A stretch of DNA of 63,994 nucleotides, counting the filler, from Octopus bimaculoides (Eukaryota): assembly GCF_001194135.2 (NCBI RefSeq). It is 5 parts of 5 records of this genome, joined end to end, with 100 filler letters (N's around TTAATTAATTAA, not from the genome) between each part and the next. Parts side by side here need not be neighbours in the genome. Positions count along the whole stretch, not along the records: positions 1 to 29,568 come from NC_068986.1; positions 29,669 to 51,214 come from NC_068992.1; 3 more parts are not named here. One strand, given 5' to 3'. Made by a program: the position numbers and the translations under genes. Below, in pieces: positions 26,118 to 39,868 of this stretch. Numbering within the stretch: position 1 is the stretch's first letter; each line of letters starts with the position of its first letter. The notes under the pieces were generated by a model. It was not told the DNA's origin and ran no database searches. It saw only the letters and a list, made by a program, of their open reading frames with translations.

Positions 26118-27884
26118 TTGGAGTGGGGGATGTTTTGACGCGTTGAACCTGTTCTTATTGTAAGCGAGATGAAAGAGGAAGTCCAGTGTAGCATAACGAG
26201 CTGATGTTCTGCTGGACTTAAGTCGCAACTGGAGCACTGTTTTGACCAATCTCAGAAGACCTTGTGGCTTTTTGATCACCGCATTTTGTCGAATCAGGCC
26301 ATTCGAGCGGGTCAAACGGGTTGAAAGGGCAACAGTCAAAGTAAGAGCTCGAGCGCTTACCTGCAATTTGGGGACAGACGGTTAATAAATGCGTCTATAA
26401 GAATAAACGAATACAATAGCCATCCTTCAACAACGTCGTTTTACTCGCCACCAACAGTTTTACCACCACAACCGCTATCACCGCAGTTCTCTTACTTTAT
26501 CTATCTTCAAATAATGTTGTTTATAATGTCTGGTTATTCCTCAGGTCCTGCATTTATTATTTCGAATTCTTTTATTGCCTAAATAAACTGAAAAATAATA
26601 TTACCGAGATATTAATTAATGAAACTAGATTAAAATATAGATAATGTTTAATAATTTAATATCCCATAATTCTCTCCCTCCTTCTCTTTCCCTCTCTCTC
26701 TCTCTCTCACTCTCACACACACACTCTCTCCCTCCCCTCCCCCCTCTCTCTCTCTCTCGCTTGCTCGTTCACTTTTTGCTACAATCTGTGTAGTTATTAA
26801 TGTATTAATGTAAAGATATTTTTCATTTAAATGTAATTCTTCAGTTCTTCAATTCCAACACCACTCTCCTATGGCAAATGTTGTAAACGCACAGACAGAA
26901 ATAATGTTAGTCACAAGAATTGATCGGCTTGGAATGGTCTGCGTCCACATAAATTGGATTGGATTCATGACATCCCAGCATATTCTGTTTTTATTTATCC
27001 CCATCCCCATGCAGAAGCAGCTTTGCGAAATCGGAAGTTTGTCTGAGCAGACGACAGCATATAATTGTGTGCACATACGATCATATGATGTCGTCTGCTC
27101 GCAGTCATATGTGTACCAGAGCTAGGGGTTTGTGTATAATGTAAAAGAACTGACGAAAAAGGAATAAAGGAGAAAGATTGAACAAAGAGAAACAGTGATA
27201 CAGGAGTAACACGTGTACATTAAGTTTATGTGTGAGAAAGAGAGAAAGAAAGAATGAAAGCGAGAAGGAGAGAGATTGGTTGGGAGAGAAGCATAAAAAG
27301 AGACGCTTGGGAAATAACTCCAAGAATGACAAGGAGGTGGTGCATGCGACATATCTTTTGTTGTAACTGTGTCTTTGTGCGTCTGTGTGTGTGTGTGTAT
27401 GTGCGTGTGTGTTTATGAATGTATGTGTGTGTGTGTGTGTGTGTNNNNNNNNNNGAGAGGGAGGGAAGGGGGGAGAGAGTCTTTGTATGTGTGTGTGCGT
27501 GCGTGTCTATGTTTGAAAGGGATCGAGGGAGAGGTGAAAAGAGAGAGAATACAAGAAGAGAAGGAAAAGGAAAATAGAGAGAATGATGGTTGCGACAGAG
27601 TGGAGAAAGAGACAGACATGAATAAATAAGGTCAGAGAGAGAGACAGACATGAATAAATAAGGTCAGAGAGAGAGAGAGAGAGATGGTAGAGAAAGACAG
27701 AGAGAGAGAGAGAGAGAGAGAGAGGAGATGGGTATTTCTGCATGAATAGTTGACATGTCTCACTGAATGAGTTGGTCGTTGAATGTAACGGTCAGACGAG
27801 CGAAGACAAAATGATAAATGGACTGTATGAACAAATGTTGTTTTATAATAAACCATAACCAACATATACCACCAGCGCCAGACT

Positions 27885-27918
<34 letters not shown>

Positions 27919-28612
27919 GTATATNNNNNNNNNNNNNNNNNNNNNNNNNNNNNNNNNNNNNNNNNNNNNNNNNNNNNNNNNNNNNNNNNNNNNNNNNNNN
28001 NNNNNNNNNNNNNNNNNNNNNNNNNNNNNNNNNNNNNNNNNNNNNNNNNNNNNNNNNNNNNNNNNNNNNNNNNNNNNNNNNNNNNNNNNNNNNNNNNNNN
28101 NNNNNNNNNNNNNNNNNNNNNNNNNNNNNNNNNNNNNNNNNNNNNNNNNNNNNNNNNNNNNNNNNNNNNNNNNNNNNNNNNNNNNNNNNNNNNNNNNNNN
28201 NNNNNNNNNNNNNNNNNNNNNNNNNNNNNNNNNNNNNNNNNNNNNNNNNNNNNNNNNNNNNNNNNNNNNNNNNNNNNNNNNNNNNNNNNNNNNNNNNNNN
28301 NNNNNNNNNNNNNNNNNNNNNNNNNNNNNNNATTTCTGCCTCTTTGTTTTGTTTTGTTTTTTTATCACACTTTAATGTTTTAGCTATTACTGTTGCTGTT
28401 GTTATTGTTATTACAACTGTTTGTTCTCCATATTGTTTTTTTATTTAGACTTTTTTTTGCTCCGTCTTCTTATTACTCTTATTCATTTTATTATTATTAT
28501 TTTTATTGTTATTATTATCATTATTATTATTATCATTATTATTATCGTTATTTAATAATAATAATAATAATAATAATAAATTATAAATTATAAATTATTA
28601 TTTTTATCATCA

Positions 28613-28673
<61 letters not shown>

Positions 28674-29568
28674 GCATTCAGTGATCATGGCTACTTTATG
28701 GTTGGTTTCAATTTCTCACACGCTCTTTATCTCTCTTTCATTTTCTCTTTCCTTCAATCGTTTTCTCCTCCTTTGCATTTTGCACATTCACTCCTCCTCT
28801 TCCTCCCCCCCTTCTCCTCCTCCTCTTCTAATTCTTTCACTTCGTCTTCTTCTTTCGTACCTCTCTGGTGGAAGTTTTCAATGTGTCTGTTTAATTTTAT
28901 GGCTTTTATTATTGCTTCCTCTTCAAAGCATTTCAGTGTCTACCGAAAAGACACGATTTTATGCGCCATTTTACGTTCAATCATTTAAAAGTGTGTAAAA
29001 GTATGCGCGCGTGTATAGATAGATAGATAGATACATACATACATACATACATACATGCATACATACATACATACATACATACATACATACATACATACAT
29101 TCTTTTATTCTTTCGTTTCATTCAGTCATTTGACTGCGGCCATGCAGGAGCACCACCTTGAATTGGTTTTGTTGAACAATTCGACTCCAGGACTTATTTT
29201 TTAAACCCAGTACTTATTCTATCGGTCTCTTTGACGAACCGCTATGATACGGAGACATAAACACACCAACACCGGTTGTCAAGCAATGATGGGGAGATAA
29301 ACACGTCTACCAAATCTGCTCACAAGGCTTTGGTTGGCCCGAGGCTATAGTAGAGGACACTTACCCAAGGTGCCACGCAGTAGGACTGAACTCGGTACCA
29401 TGTGGTTGGGCAGCAAGTTTCTTACCATACAGTCATGCTTGCGCCCTCAGTGCCACTGCGTACCACTTTAGGCAAGTGTCTTCTACTATAGCCTCGGGTA
29501 GACCAAAGCCTTGTGAGTGGATCTGGTAGACGGAAACTGAAAGAAGCCTGTCGTCGTGTGCATATATA

Positions 29569-29668
29569 NNNNNNNNNNNNNNNNNNNNNNNNNNNNNNNN
29601 NNNNNNNNNNNNTTAATTAATTAANNNNNNNNNNNNNNNNNNNNNNNNNNNNNNNNNNNNNNNNNNNN
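29569..29668. other. Artificial 100-bp scaffold-joining spacer
   Basis: N44-TTAATTAATTAA-N44 (stops in all six frames); identical at 51215-51314, 56229-56328 and 62838-62936. Confidence 0.9.
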
Positions 29669-30150
29669 TTATATTCTAATCACCCGGAATTCATTACTGT
29701 ACTCATTTCCAACCCTCACCTTACTGACAGCATCTCTGTACATGGCTCGCACAGCTCTCACTAACCATTCTTCTATCCCTAGTTTCCTCATTGACCACCA
29801 GATGATGGATCGGGGGCCCCTGTCAAAGGCTTTCTCCATGTTGACGAAAGCAAGGTACAGAGGTTTATTCTTGGCTAGATATTTCTCCTGCAGCTGTCTT
29901 ACTAGAAATATGGCATCAGTGGTGCTTTTACCTGGCACGAACCCAAACTGCATCTCATCTAAATTGATTCGCTCCCTAATTAGTTGGGCTATGACCCTCT
30001 CTGTAACTTTCATAACCTGATCTAACAGCTTGATGCCTCTGTAATTATTTGTATCTAAAGCGTCACCTTTACCTTTGTAGCAGTTGACTATGGTGCTGCT
30101 ACACCAGTCATTGGGTATGACTCCTTCGTGTATCAACTGGTTCGTAATAC
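29669..30150 (-). mobile_element. RTE-clade LINE reverse transcriptase fragment
   Basis: IPNDWCSSTIVNCYKGKGD...NYRGIKLL...QFGFVPGKSTTDAIF.VRQLQEKY...LAFVNMEKAFDR...WWSMRKLGI: RT domains 0-3; cut by the segment boundary. Confidence 0.92.
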
Positions 30151-31609
30151 GGGTGACAATGCTATAGCCAAACAATCCACTTATGGTCTTCAGCAATTAA
30201 TTCCAGCTCATTTAGTTATTCACACTAGTACCATACTGGCCAAAGGTTTTTACAAAACAATCTCAAGTAAAAAATGCTTAGGAAAAACGACCTGTTCACT
30301 GCTTTTTTAAATGATATCAGATCTATTTACAAACATTAAAATCAATTTTTGATGACTTTTTTTTTATCTTGTATAATAAGGTATTAATTATTTTTAATAG
30401 ATTTTACACTACAAATTATTTATCTGTTCCTTTCATTTTGTAGAATAAATGTTTATTGATCTTTACCATATTTCATTCTACCAACAGTTGGTAGACATCA
30501 TACTGTAGTAGCACCGATATTTGTGTATGTGTGTATGTATGTATGTATGTGAATGTGTGTGTCTTATCTTTTACTTGTTTCAGTCATTTGACTGTGGTCA
30601 TACTGGAGCATTGCCTCGAAGGGCTTAAGTTGAATAGATCAACCACAACACTTATTTTTAAAGCCTGTTGACAACACCAGTTGTCAAGCAGTGACGAGGG
30701 CCAAACTCACTCTCTTGTGTTCGCACATGCAAGCACACACATGACAGGCTTATTTCAATTTCTGTCTACATCAGACCCACTCAAAAAGCTTTGGTTGGCC
30801 CAGGGCAATAGTAAAAGACACTTCCCAAGGTGTCATGCAGTGGAAGTGAACCCAGAACCTCATGATTGGGAAATAAACTTCTTTCCACAGCCACACCTGC
30901 AACTAATGTGTGTGTGTGTTCTTTATGGCTTGTGCAAAGGTAGCAGCACCAAATACACACACACACACACACACACTCTCTCTCTTTCTCTCTCTATGTC
31001 TCTCTCTCTCTCTCTCTCTCTNNNNNNNNNNNNNNNNNNNNNNNNNNNNNNNNNNNNNNNNNNNNNNNNNNNNNNNNNNNNNNNNNNNNNNNNNNNNNNN
31101 NNNNNNNNNNNNNNNNNNNNNNNNNNNNNNNNNNNNNNNNNNNNNNNNNNNNNNNNNNNNNNNNNNNNNNNNNNNNNNNNNNNNNNNNNNNNNNNNNNNN
31201 NNNNNNNNNNNNNNNNNNNNNNNNNNNNNNNNNNNNNNNNNNNNNNNNNNNNNNNNNNNNNNNNNNNNNNNNNNNNNNNNNNNNNNNNNNNNNNNNNNNN
31301 NNNNNNNNNNNNNNNNNNNNNNNNNNNNNNNNNNNNNNNNNNNNNNNNNNNNNNNNNNNNNNNNNNNNNNNNNNNNNNNNNNNNNNNNNNNNNNNNNNNN
31401 NNNNNNNNNNNNNNNNNNNNNNNNNNNNNNNNNNNNNNNNNNNNNNNNNNNNNNNNNNNNNNNNNNNNNNNNNNNNNNNNNNNNNNNNNNNNNNNNNNNN
31501 NNNNNNNNNNNNNNNNNNNNNNNNNNNNNNNNNNNNNNNNNNNNNNNNNNNNNNNNNNNNNNNNNNNNATATCACTACGGTGCACCGTTGGTTATGATGA
31601 CGCGGGTTC

Positions 31610-31951
31610 CAGTTGATCCTATCAACGGAACAATCTGTTTGTGAAATTAATGTGCAAGTGGCTGAGCACTCCATAGACACGTGTACCCTTAATGTAGTTC
31701 TCGGGGAGATTCAGTGTGACACAGAGTGTGACATAGCTGGTCCTTTGAAATACAGGTACAACAGAAACAGGAAGAAAGAGTAAAAGAAAAGTTGTGGTGA
31801 AAGAGTACAGCAGGGTTCGCCACCACCCCCTGCTGTACCCTCGTGGAGCTTTAAGCGTCTTCACTCAATAAACACAATGCCTGGTCTGGGAATTGAAACC
31901 GCGATCCTATGACTGCGAGTCCGCTGCCCTAACCACTGGGCCATTGTGCCT

Positions 31952-31953
<2 letters not shown>
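31610..31953 (-). mobile_element. tRNA-derived SINE (family G)
   Basis: Head TGGCCCAGTGGTTAGGGCAGCGGACTCGC...GGTTTCAATTCC. Related head at ~56090-56185(-) and body at ~33590-33790. Confidence 0.7.
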
Positions 31954-31992
<39 letters not shown>

Positions 31993-32686
31993 AATATGAT
32001 ATGTGATATATATATATATGTGTGTATATATCATATATGCACACACTTAAACATTACAGTCTTCTTCAGTTTTTGTCTACCAAAACCATTCACAGAGCTT
32101 TGATCAGCCTGGCACTACAGTATAAGATACTTGCCCAAGGTGTCACACAGTGGGACAGAACCTGAAACTATTTGGTTGAGATGCAACTTTTTCAATTACC
32201 CAGTCCTGCCTACACAAATTAAAATTCATTTACGAAGTTGGTTTTACTAAGCTCCTTAACCGTATTTCAAGGTTGACATAATGCATAATATGACATTTCT
32301 CATGTAGAGATGTCCAATATAAAAACAAAAATAGAAATGATGGTTTAAAGATTACCAGAGAACGAGGTGTTAGTAATGTTATATGCACCACTAATTCACT
32401 CGCCTCTCCCTCTCTCAGCTGAGAGATCTTTATCTTGTAAGTTACTTGGCAACCCTACTGGTGCTGGTGCCACATAAAATGTACCTTTGCTGGTGCCACG
32501 TGAAAAGCACCCAGTACATGCTATAAAGTGGTTGGTGCTAATAAACACTTTATAAAGTGGTTGGTTTCCATAGAAACCATGTCAAAGCAGATGATTAGAG
32601 CCTGGTGCAGCTCGCCAGCCTTACCAGTTCCTGTTAAATCGTCCAACCCATGCCAGTGTGGAAAACAGATGTTAAATGATGATGAC

Positions 32687-32827
32687 GAGTGGCTGTCTGG
32701 TGAGTAGTTTGCTAACCAACCACATGGTTCTGGGTTCAGTCCCATGGACAAGTGTCTTCTACTATAGCCTAGGGCCGACCAAAGCCTTGTGAGTGGATTT
32801 GGTAGACGGAAATTGAAAGAAGCCTGT

Positions 32828-32886
<59 letters not shown>

Positions 32887-33122
32887 AGGAGGATGATGAT
32901 ATGTTTGTGCGTCTGTGTTTGACCCCTCCCCACCATCACTTGGCAACCGATGTTGGTGTATTTATGTCCCCGTAACTTAGTGGTTTGGCAAAAGAGACTG
33001 ATAGAATAAGTACTAGGCTTACAAAGAATAAGTCCTGGGGGGCGATTTGTTCGACTAAAAGGTGGTGCTTCAGCATAGTCGCAGTCAAATGACTGAAACA
33101 AATATAAAACAATAAAAGAATA
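32687..33122 (+). mobile_element. Complete family-A SINE with internal (TA)/(TG) microsatellite
   Basis: tRNA-like head, internal (TA)n, then the 3' half ...CCCCGTAACTTAG...CAGCATAGTCGCAGTCAAATGACTGAAAC, all in one ungapped copy. Confidence 0.85.
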
Positions 33123-35174
33123 CCCACCAGGTTTGGTTGTTTTTTTTAAATCTCTTTCTATTTCACCAAATCTTGTCAAAACCTGATAACATTGAAGGGT
33201 TTCATTTCTTCAGAAACAAAAACACACTAGTTTAAACCCAGTTGGTTTGCAAGATGGCCATATAAGAGATTTTATACTAACAGACGGTGGCTGATCAAAG
33301 TCTTTGATGTTTCTAAATTAATGGCTATTGTTGTTTATATGCTTCAAGTATTTTGTGGGGAAAGCTTAAAGTTTGTTTTTCTCTCCTTTTATCTTATTTA
33401 TTTGATATTAGCATTATTGACTTCAGACTTATGACAAAGAACTGTGTGTGTATGTGCCTCTGTGTGTGTGCCTGTGTGTAGGAATGGCTGTGTGATTAAG
33501 AAGCTCACTGTTCAATCCCATGGCTTGGGGTTCACTCCTACTACATGGTGCATTGGGCATGTGTATTCCGTTATAGCCTGGCCCTCTGTTGTTTATGATT
33601 ACGAAGGTTCCAGTTGATCTGATCAACTGAATAGCCTGCTTGTGAAATTAACATGCAAGTGGCTGAGTACTCCACAGACACACGTACCCTTGATGTACTT
33701 GTTGGGGAGATTCAGCGTGACACAGAATGTAACAAGGCTGGCTCTTTTGAATTACTGGTACAGCTCATTTTTGCCAGCTGAGTGAACTGAAGCAATATGA
33801 TCATCAACATCATCATTATCACCGTTTAACACCCACATTCCATCAGGGCTGTGGACTCAAAACAAAAAACTTTGACTTCAGCTCCTGTTCTATTGGCACC
33901 TCCGACTCCGATTCCGACTCTGACTCCTTTTTATGTAATTAAGTGATTGTGGTCTATATATCACATAAAGTATATGCATACGCTTGTACTTTGAGTAGGC
34001 CTATATGTTATAACTGTTTTATATTAAAGAATAAAGACATTGTGAGTCGGAGTCGGTATAGCTGTTCAGACTTCACTTGCCTGTTGTTACATGGTTTCTA
34101 TGGTTGAATGCCCTTTCTAACATCAACCACTCAAGTGTGTGCTGGGTGCTTTTTATGTGCCACCAGCACCGACACAGGCACTTCTTAAGTGGCACCAGCA
34201 TCTGAAGGGACAAGCCTGTATGTGTGGAAAAAAACAGTTTTATTTAATTTAACATGTGTTTTCAAGTACAGCAAATCGTCACATCTCCTGGTCCCTTGAC
34301 ATTTCCTCAGTGAGGCCCGGCATCCTAAGATTGTTTCTCACCACTTTGTACCACATGTACCCTCCACAGTCTTGCTCAAGGATACAATCTGCTGCTTAGA
34401 ATTGAACTCATGACTGTGAGTCAAGTACCCAAGCCACTAAGCCATGTGCCTTCTCTGTCTTCCATTATATCCGTGAGTTGAATGACTACCTTGCAAAGGT
34501 ATATTTTGTAGACAGAAACTGAAGTTTGTTGTATATATGTATGCTGGTGTGTGTGTATGTGTGTGGGTGTGTGTGTGCACGCGTGCATGCATGCATGTGT
34601 GTGCATGCATGTGCATCTCTGAAGTTTTACAATCTGGACTGAGCTGTGACTCCAAACAGTGACACAACCTTTTGCAACTCAACTACTAATGGTGATGTCA
34701 TCTTTTGTGTTTGGGCTCCAACTGGTGATGGCTGTTGACATTTCCTGTCAACAGTTCATCCAGTAGTTCTGCACTTTTTAACTCCTCCGGAAAAAAAAAA
34801 AAATCTAACTTAAAAAAAACATAAGTGTTGGTTACAGGAAGAGCATCCAGCCATAAATGTCCTACCTCAAATGCCACTTCATGTCTAATCCATGCTAGTA
34901 ATGCAAAAACAGATGTTGGACGAAAGGTATGTATATATGCATGTGTACATGTTTGTATATATATATGTGTGTGTGTGTGTGTATGCATATGTGTGTGTGT
35001 AAGTATACACGTTCACATGTACATACACACACAGACACATCTAAACACCTAAATACTCATGTACATGCATAAGTACTTGCGTACATACATACATACATGT
35101 GTATAGGCATGCACACATGCATATGCATGTACACATATGCATACGCATGTACATGTACACACACACATACATAT

Positions 35175-35335
35175 CATGAACTGTTACTTTCTCAGATGCA
35201 GCACGGTATTTTGAATAGGTTGCGGTGTCAAAGCGACAAAAATATTTTGGCAAATTAGATTTAAATGTTGAAGTGAATCTAACGCTTTTTGTGTGTTTTT
35301 AAAAATGGCTTATAAACACCTTCTACACTGCAATT
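35175..35335. repeat. Single arm of the foldback element seen at 45353-45647
   Basis: GCGGTGTCAAAGCGACAAAAATATTTTGGCAAATT...AATGGCTTATAAACACCTTC matches the right arm. Confidence 0.85.
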
Positions 35336-35338
35336 GTT

Positions 35339-35392
<54 letters not shown>

Positions 35393-38300
35393 TTTTCTAA
35401 ATACTGCAAAATCTGAATATTTTACAGTTTCATATGCAAAATATTGACTATCAAATTGCTACTAAAATTAATTTTCAAAAATTTAATCAATCCAAAGTAT
35501 TTTTGTTGAAATAGGTATTGAGCTGTTAAAACATTTATTCATGAAATGAATATCTTCAAAGACGATTTAAATTACTTAAGTTTCCCCATAATTGTTATTT
35601 CCCATAATTTATAACCAATAACTTTAGGAGTTGCTTTTAATTAGAAATACATTGTCCCCAGCTGGCTACACGCCAGATAGTGCGTCATATAGCCAGCTAG
35701 AGACGATGTTTCCTGGGGCTAAATAGCAGTAGCATTCATCCTAACCAGGACTGCCACATTATGTTGGCAAATAATCTTTACTCTAGTATATTTTATATTT
35801 TATATTTTTTCTATATTTTTTAATGTAACTTTACAAAACAAAAAAAAAAACAAAGTAGGTATTTCTATTTGCAACATTGCATGTTCTTCTTGTCCATCTT
35901 TATAGTTGCTCAAGAATGTCTTTACAGATTCTTCTCTTGTTAAACATATAAATGAAGAACTTTAGATTGGAGTAGGCTGCAACCATCAATTTAAATGAAT
36001 TTTCAATTTTGGCTTTTGCATTTTTGCACCTAAAGTCTTTGAGGAATGAAATATTGCAGAAGAAATAAAAGACGAAAGGAAATTTGATTTATGTTGTTCT
36101 ATACAGAATGGAATTTGGCTAATATGAAGGTCTGCTGGTTAACTGTTTAAAGTATTCTAAATTCCAAGTAAATAGGTCAAGCGTATCTTGGTGATGACCC
36201 TTTACTAACAGACTAGTGAGCTAATTATGTGTAGGTGAAAGGGTTCATATAACCCCTAAATAAATCTCTGATTTGAGAACCATAGAAACAGTTGGAAAAT
36301 GTGGATTCAGTTCCCATTTTATTTCTTGTTATTGTTTAACTCAGGGTAGTCCTGATTAAGCCCTTTAACCAATGATCAAAGCTCTTCCAGTTGTCACTAT
36401 ACTGTTCTGTTTTTCCAGGCATAGTGTATCTAGGATCACATTAACAATATGTCTTCCTTTTAAGATGTTTGGACATGATTTGAAGGAGATTTGACTGATA
36501 TTTTTACTAGGTCAAGCAACTAAATACCAGCCCCCTCATTGGTTCTTCTTAAACCATTTCATTCCGATATGTAGAATTCAAATTTGAATTTCAGCAAGAA
36601 CTTAAGAATGCATGATAAAGTTGGAAAATGTAAGTACCAACTTTGGAAAGTAGGAATAAAAATAACTAAATTGGGACTTAGTCATTGTAGAACAAATGAT
36701 ATATTGAAATGGAAAACTGCAATGCTTATGCAAAAAAATTAGTGAACATGAGAAAAGAATGTTCCTAGCACCATCAATACAAGAATGTTGTTAATTTCAG
36801 TATTCTAAATAATATCTATGTCTATCTATCTAGCTATCACACACACGTGCACGTACGCATGCATGCACACACACACACACACATGTATATATATATAGGC
36901 GCAAGAGTGGCTGTGTGGTAAGTAGTTTGCTTACAAACTATATGTCTTCAGGTTCAGTCCCACTGTGTGGCACCTTGGGCAAGTGTCTTCTATTACAGCC
37001 TCAGGTCGACCAAAGCCTTGTGAGTGGATTTGGTTGACAGAAACTGAAAGAAGCCTGTCGTATATACCCTCATTTAAACCACCAATGATAACACTGAAAA
37101 TTACAAAAGATCAACAGTATTCAGGCAAATGGGATAAAAAAGAAAAAAAAAATCTTTCACAATTATCACTGTTATTATTGGTGGTTAAAATGAAAGTTTT
37201 AACCTTTATTTCTAGCAGGCAGGTGCATTTGTGTGCCCTTTATGACTGATATATATCATCATCATCATCATCATCATCGTTTAACGTCCGCTTTNNNNNN
37301 NNNNNNNNNNNNNNNNNNNNNNNNNNNNNNNNNNNNNNNNNNNNNNNNNNNNNNNNNNNNNNNNNNNNNNNNNNNNNNNNNNNNNNNNNNNNNNATATAT
37401 ATATCATTTACTGTCCAATTTCCATGTTGGCTTAGGTTTGATGGTGTAACATCATTCAACAATCTGGGGAGTTGTGCTTATGCCTGCTTTGGCATTGTTT
37501 CAATCACTGAATGCCCCTCTTAACACCAGCTACTTTACAATGTGTAGTAGGTGCATTTTTTCTTATAACTTGCTGTGTGTGTGTGTGTGGGGGGGTCATT
37601 TAGACTAGCGATTAATGTGTTGGGCTCATGATCATGAGGTTATGGGTTCAGTACTTGAACTGGGCAATGTACTGTGATCTTGAGCAAGACACATCATTTC
37701 ACGTTGCTCCAGTCTACTCAACTGAAAATGGGTACAAGCCAACTACTGGTGCTGCCCCTGCCTCAGCTGTCGCACCCTTCATGTTCCCCTGGGTCAGATG
37801 GAAAGAGGGTTGATAGGCTGACTATGTCTGCTCACAACTTATCAGGCTTATTGTCCTCGATGAATGACAGCTATGGTGCTGTGTGTGTGTATGTTAATGA
37901 ATGACAAAAGAAAAGGGCTTATGTAATTGCACCCATTAGCTTGTGGCTGTTTCTGCTATAAGTAAATGTACATCTAGAGTTGAATATTCATGCAACATCT
38001 TATAGCTTCTTTGGAGCCATTTAAATGAAGTGTTTCTTTATTGTGGAAAACATTTAAATACACATAATTAGGCACGTGCAGAATCACATGTAATCTAATG
38101 CAGTGAGGTGGATTTGGGAACGAAATCCTTCCACCCGGAGACACTTGTCTATATAAAAATTGAAGCAAACACACACACACACGTACACACATACCACACA
38201 CAAGCAATTAGCTCCATTAGTGGCTTACAAAATTTTATAGAGGAGATTAGTTACTTTGGTGACCTAATCAATGCAGGTGGTCATATGAAATAATATAATA

Positions 38301-38984
38301 TAGAAGTTTTGGGAGAAAATTTTCTCCTAATGTTTTCTTAAGCAATTTAAAGTGAAATACATTATGGCATTAGAAGATTATAAATACTAAAAGAAATACT
38401 CTTAAGATTAAAGAGTTAAGTGTTTTTTCTTCTGTTTTTTTTTTAAAGAGGGGAAGAAGAAGGGGGTGATAGGGATATGCAGTGCTTGTCATAGAATTTT
38501 GGGAACTTTCCAAACTTGAGGGTAGAGATAAATGAGTGATGTTACCCATGGTTGATTTTCAATGTTAATTGAGATTGGTTAATTAATTGGAAGTGAAACC
38601 ATAGGAAAGAATTAAGTTTGGTAGGTTTGAAGTCCTGGGCAAGAAAGGCTGAGGTAAAGTGAGACATTTTTTGAAGGATGATATGATGAATATTAAAATG
38701 CATGCCTACCTTTTTAAAATAGGTGGTGGTGGTGGTGGAGAGAGCTGTTGATCTTTTGATCAGACTGTGTTTTCATAGTATTTTTTTCTGTGGCTGATAC
38801 CATCTGTCCAGGCCTTTCATGATACCCTTAAAGCCAGGAGCTTTTCAGCACCCCCTCATATATATAGAATCTCAGTGTCTATTCAGAAACTAGGGTTGCA
38901 ATTAGCCTGAGGACTTATTAAAAAACAATTAATAGCTGCAGAAGCAGTATTAATACCAAAAGGTAATCTTTATCCCCACTTCAT

Positions 38985-39210
38985 CATCATCATCATCGTT
39001 TAACATCCGCTTTCCATGCTAGCATGGGTTGGACGATTTGACTGAGGACTGGTGAAACCGGATGGCAACACCAGGCTCCAATCTAATTTGGCAGAGTTTC
39101 TACAGCTGGATGCCCTTCCTAACGCCAACCACTCAGAGAGTGTAGTGGGTGCTTTTATGTGTCACCCGCACGAAGGCCAGTCAGGCGGTACTGGCAACGG
39201 CCACACTCAT
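38985..39210 (-). mobile_element. SINE family D, 3' part with (GAT)n tail
   Basis: CATCATCGTTTAACATCCGCTTTCCATGCTAGCATGGGTTGGACG...CTGGATGCCCTTCCTAACGCCAACC; other copies at ~32500-32685, 40460-40900, 46400-46790 and 50840-51000. Confidence 0.8.
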
Positions 39211-39529
39211 CTCGCTCGAGAAACCTCATGTGTCACCCGCACAAGAGCCAGTCCAGGGGCACCGGCAACGATTAAAACTGGATATTGTGTTAGAACAGAG
39301 AATACTACATTATTTACCACAAGAGGACCTAGCTGGATGTCTGTCATTGATAAACCCAAGGAAGGGTGAAAATATGTGATCTGGCAGTTCTCGTGACCAT
39401 AGTGGCCAGTTCTTGTCCATCAGTAATGGAGACATGAGTGGCTTTATGCACCACAAGTCCATATNNNNNNNNNNNNNNNNNNNNNNNNNNNNNNNNNNNN
39501 NNNNNNNNNNNNNNNNNNNNNNNNNNNNN

Positions 39530-39868
39530 AAACCTCATGTGTCGCCCGCACAAGAGCCAGCCCAGGGGTACCGGCAACGATCCCGCTCAGAAAGATTTCA
39601 TGTGTCGCCCTCACATGAGCCAATCCAGGGGCACTGGCAATGATCCCGCTCGAAAGATTTCATGTGTCGCCCGCACATGAGCCAGTCCAGGGGCACTGGC
39701 AACGATCCCGTCCCGCTCAGAACATTTCATGTGTCACCGGCACAATCTCGCTCGAAAGATTTCATGTGTCGCCCGCACATGAGCCAGTCCAGGGGCACCG
39801 GCAACGATCTCGCTCGAAAAACCTCATGTGTCACCTGCACAGGAGCCGGCCCAGGGGCACCGGCAACG
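39530..39868 (+). repeat. ~62-bp GC-rich minisatellite (about 5 units, some partial)
   Basis: Unit approx CCCGCTCGAAAGATTTCATGTGTCGCCCGCACATGAGCCAGTCCAGGGGCACTGGCAACGAT. Confidence 0.9.

Noticed and set aside
39530-39868. Repeat array as CRISPR-like
   Set aside because: Units are contiguous with no unique spacers; eukaryotic minisatellite.
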